Source: Candidatus Micrarchaeia archaeon (lineage in GTDB: Archaea > Micrarchaeota > Micrarchaeia > Burarchaeales > Fermentimicrarchaeaceae). From it: a stretch of DNA of 64,000 bases. Of this stretch, positions 61,113 through 64,000 are shown piece by piece. Made by a program: the position numbers and the translations under genes. The stretch lies in NCBI GenBank assembly GCA_038871515.1, contig JAVZHX010000001.1:477697-541696 (forward strand), written 5' to 3'. Every line of letters starts with the position of its first letter. The stretch's first letter is position 1. A model generated the notes under the pieces. That model worked only from the letters and a program-made list of their open reading frames with translations, searched no databases and was not told the origin of the DNA.

Positions 61113-61117
61113 GTTTA

Positions 61118-61369
61118 ATGGAGAAGGTTAAAGTTGACAGAAAAACAAACAGCGCAGTTTTAAACCTGAACACAAAGCTTTACAAAGTTGATAAGATACT
61201 GAAGGTAGCCCAGTCATTTTCCGAGGCGTGCTATGTGGATGTTGGTGGGGATGTGGATGGAGTTATACAGGTGAAACTGAAACCAAAAACAAAAAGTTTG
61301 AAAGCAGAGAATGTTGGTTATGAGTTCTTCAATCACGTGCTTGCTGAAATGAAAGCAGACGAGTTTTAG
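61118..61369 (+). CDS. Second, shorter HxsD-like protein
   Basis: LNTKLYKVDKI...F...YV...VKLKPK...GYEFFNHVL aligns by eye with the preceding protein. Confidence 0.68.
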   Translation: MEKVKVDRKTNSAVLNLNTKLYKVDKILKVAQSFSEACYVDVGGDVDGVIQVKLKPKTKSLKAENVGYEFFNHVLAEMKADEF

Positions 61370-61376
61370 TGGTTAG

Positions 61377-62810
61377 ATGGCTACAAGCTTTTTTGATTAC
61401 CCAGAACCGCTCCAGTATGTTGAGAATAGATACATTTCCAAGAAGCTGGAAACTGGAGATTATTTGGTGACAATTGATAACGGAGCGTGGGCTTTGCTTT
61501 CTGAGGAGGAGCATAAGCTTCTAAGAACGCACCGAGTTTCTGAGGATGTGGAGCTTTTTAAAAAGCTTGAGAGTTTAGGGATAATTCTCACGCAGAGCAA
61601 CCAAAGCAAGGTAGTTGATGATTACTGCGCGAGGTTTGCCCATATATCAAATGGAGTTTCGCTTCACATAGTTGCAGTGACCTCTCGTTGCAATCAGAGA
61701 TGTTTATACTGCTACGTGAATCCTAAACCAGTCAGCTCAAAAGGATTTGATATGGATGAGGAGACTGCGAAAAATGTTGTTGATTTTATCTTTCAAACTC
61801 CCTCAAAAGTATTGACAATTGAGTTTCAGGGTGGGGAGCCACTTCTGAATTTTCCAATAATACAATACATAATCGAATACTCAGAAAAGCTGAATAAAAA
61901 ATACAAAAAAGATCTTGTTTACACTCTTGTTACTAACCTAACGCTGATGCAGGAGGATATTTTGAAATATCTAATTAAGCACAGGGTTGAAATATGCACG
62001 TCACTGGATGGTCCTAAAGAAGTGCATGATAAGAACAGGAGGTATCTTGGTGGAAGAGGGACGTATGAGAATGTTGTCCACTGGATAAAGGATATACGAA
62101 CTCAGTTTGCATACAACGTAAATGCCCTGCCCGTTATAACAAGGTTCTCCCTTCCTTATGCAAAGGAGATAGTTGATGAGTATATGAATTTGGGGTTCAA
62201 CAGGATAAGGATAAAGCACATGATATACTGCGGTTTGGCTAGAGAAAACTGGAAGAGAATAGGTTACACTTCAGAGGAGTATCTGAATTTCTGGAAGGAA
62301 GCGCTGGAATACTGCTTCAAAATAAACAAAACGGGCAGAATGTTTGTTGAGGGAACAACCCTTCTCATAGCGAGGAAGTTCCTCTCAAGGGATTACCAAG
62401 CATTTACTTGTCTTGGGTGGCCCTGTGGAGCTGCTTTAACCCAAAGTTCCTACGACCCGTACGGGAATATACGCGCATGTGACGAGTCAAGAAGCTTTGA
62501 AGAGTTCAAGATAGGTGATGTGAGGAAAGATGATTATCAAAGTGTCTATGCTTCACCACGCGCCCTGAATATAGTTGCATTAACTTCTGGTTTGAATTCT
62601 TTATGTGATTCATGTGTTTGGCATCCATACTGCAACAACTGTATAGTTTCAAGCTTTGGAAAGGAGGGCAACCCAATTCCAAAGCTACCTGTTGATTATG
62701 AGTGCAAGATAAGGGGCGGTTTGATTGAACATGTTTTCAAAACTCTTGCTTACTCAAAAGAAAAGAGGAAAATTCTGATGAAGTGGAGTTCATCACACTG
62801 CGGAGTATAA
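61377..62810 (+). CDS. hxsB: His-Xaa-Ser system radical SAM/SPASM maturase HxsB
   Basis: LHIVAVTSRCNQRCLYC, FQTPS..TIEFQGGEPLLN, TSLDGP..HDKNR, PCGA...Y....I..CDE.R, CDSCVWHPYCNNC. Confidence 0.88.
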   Translation: MATSFFDYPEPLQYVENRYISKKLETGDYLVTIDNGAWALLSEEEHKLLRTHRVSEDVELFKKLESLGIILTQSNQSKVVDDYCARFAHISNGVSLHIVAVTSRCNQRCLYCYVNPKPVSSKGFDMDEETAKNVVDFIFQTPSKVLTIEFQGGEPLLNFPIIQYIIEYSEKLNKKYKKDLVYTLVTNLTLMQEDILKYLIKHRVEICTSLDGPKEVHDKNRRYLGGRGTYENVVHWIKDIRTQFAYNVNALPVITRFSLPYAKEIVDEYMNLGFNRIRIKHMIYCGLARENWKRIGYTSEEYLNFWKEALEYCFKINKTGRMFVEGTTLLIARKFLSRDYQAFTCLGWPCGAALTQSSYDPYGNIRACDESRSFEEFKIGDVRKDDYQSVYASPRALNIVALTSGLNSLCDSCVWHPYCNNCIVSSFGKEGNPIPKLPVDYECKIRGGLIEHVFKTLAYSKEKRKILMKWSSSHCGV

Positions 62811-62853
62811 ATCTCAGCACAAAATTTATATATGTCTACTCAGAAATAACTTT

Positions 62854-63192
62854 ATGCCAAAGAAACTCACCCTGCCAGCTATAAGGAAGACAATTACTTC
62901 TTTTCTTCTTGAAGAGGAAGGTAAGGCGTCAAAGGAGTCTCTTATGAAAGTTGCAACCCTTATTGGAGCAGTTTCAGCAATGAGCAAAATTTCAAACGCA
63001 GCCCACAGCCAGAATGTCGCCCACTCACAAGCTACGACTGCAAGTTATGTTGGTTCAACCATAACTGCAACTCATTCCCACTACGATCCCGCCCACTCAT
63101 CACATTCTTCTCACAGCTCACATGCTTCGCATACCTCACACGCTGTGCATTCCTCCATTTGCAGATATTGCGAGTATTACCTTGGTTTTTAA
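62854..63192 (+). CDS. His-Xaa-Ser repeat precursor peptide (HxsA-like) with prepilin/Flp-like leader
   Basis: HSSHSSHSSHASHTSHAVHSS (63094-63156); leader FLLEEEG|KASKE followed by a moderately hydrophobic helix; own TTTATATA box at about 62825. Confidence 0.82.
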   Translation: MPKKLTLPAIRKTITSFLLEEEGKASKESLMKVATLIGAVSAMSKISNAAHSQNVAHSQATTASYVGSTITATHSHYDPAHSSHSSHSSHASHTSHAVHSSICRYCEYYLGF

Positions 63193-63207
63193 TTCTGGTG
63201 GTGGACG

Positions 63208-63768
63208 GTGGGAATTCAAAAAGTACCCATAAAAACCACCTACTACGTCCACCTAGCTTTGATAAACCTTATCTCAATTCTCCTGCACGAACTTGGCCAT
63301 GCCTTGGCAGTGATTTTAGCTGGAGGTAGACTAGTTTCATATGAGCTTGTGCGTATCATACCGGAACCAAGTTTCATCCACAATTTCTACGCTCTACTTG
63401 GCGGACCAATAGTGACAGCTATGTTATGCTTCCTTGCGACATACCAGTTCTTTAAGGATAGGACTAACTCCGCAAAATGGCTTGCAGCAATATTCTCAAA
63501 TTTCGGCCCATTAATTTCGCTTATGATATACCTTCTCGCAGGACCGAATCAGGATGAGTTATACATTTTCATTCATGAAATGAAAATGCCACCACTTCTA
63601 TTTTTTTCCATTTATCTAGCTCTCTTTTCATTCCCCCTTGCCATTCTTATAAACGCACCAAGACTATCTGCAAGGAAGAAGGTAGCTTTCTACTTAAACA
63701 ACATAGCAATAATCCTATCAGAAATAGCGCTTCTCAGTGTGTTAAATCGACTCATATTTGGTAGATAG
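63208..63768 (+). CDS. M50-like membrane metallopeptidase
   Basis: LLHELGHALA within a TM segment, GGP motif, later NQDE, about 5 TM segments; GGTGGTGG SD. Confidence 0.65.
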   Translation: MGIQKVPIKTTYYVHLALINLISILLHELGHALAVILAGGRLVSYELVRIIPEPSFIHNFYALLGGPIVTAMLCFLATYQFFKDRTNSAKWLAAIFSNFGPLISLMIYLLAGPNQDELYIFIHEMKMPPLLFFSIYLALFSFPLAILINAPRLSARKKVAFYLNNIAIILSEIALLSVLNRLIFGR

Positions 63769-63873
63769 TACGTTGTAGCATCGTCTCTCACAAGCTAATC
63801 AACTCCGTTGAATCACTGCCTTTGTAATCTTACTTGCAGATTGAATGATCCTTCTACAACGCAACTCGCAGAT

Positions 63874-64000
63874 GAGTTTGTTGAATTAATCATATAAAAA
63901 CAAATGAGGCTCTGCCTCATCAGCGTTCTTATGTTATGGGCAAGGGCCACTCCCAGGATGAAGACTGCCCTTGCATGCCAGGTTCTCATCCTCACAAGGG
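63874..64000 (-). mobile_element. Possible right end of an IS5/IS1182-like element (transposase C-terminus plus terminal IR)
   Basis: A frame open from the window edge reads VRMRTWHARAVFILGVALAHNIRTL, like DDE transposase C-termini, followed by TTCAACAAACTC. Confidence 0.35.

Overview
Gene-dense archaeal chromosome segment with archaeal information genes, TATA-like promoters and a tRNA with a BHB intron. A DPANN, probably Micrarchaeota-like, origin is my inference from the tRNA-Ile(UAU) and overall gene style; it is not proven. Most of the window is housekeeping: rfcL, ychF, cdc6, EndoQ, a bacterial-type folate cluster (glyA-folD-folC-purN), a coupled topA-nudix-NFACT-cdc48-S2P-nfo run, pyrG, rtcA, srp54, hmgA plus glycosylation genes, two purP paralogues, guaAB/AA, the rnp4-rps19e...ftsY and rpl21e-rpo4-DUF655-ksgA operons, two tRNAs and an unlinked 5S rRNA. 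The best candidate for an undescribed system is at 54.8-63.8 kb: a KaiC-like pair, two class III signal-peptide adhesins, an A24 prepilin peptidase, two HxsD-like proteins, an HxsB radical SAM enzyme, a His-Xaa-Ser repeat precursor that itself carries a Flp/prepilin-like leader (FLLEEEG|KASKE), and an M50-like membrane peptidase. Other oddities are a stand-alone single-repeat (half) TBP, a GINS51-like domain fused to a PLD nuclease domain, a homing-endonuclease intein in myo-inositol-1-phosphate synthase, a half Rqc2 coupled to cdc48, and an AglB-like protein lacking WWDYG. All family calls come from motif recognition by eye; no searches were run.
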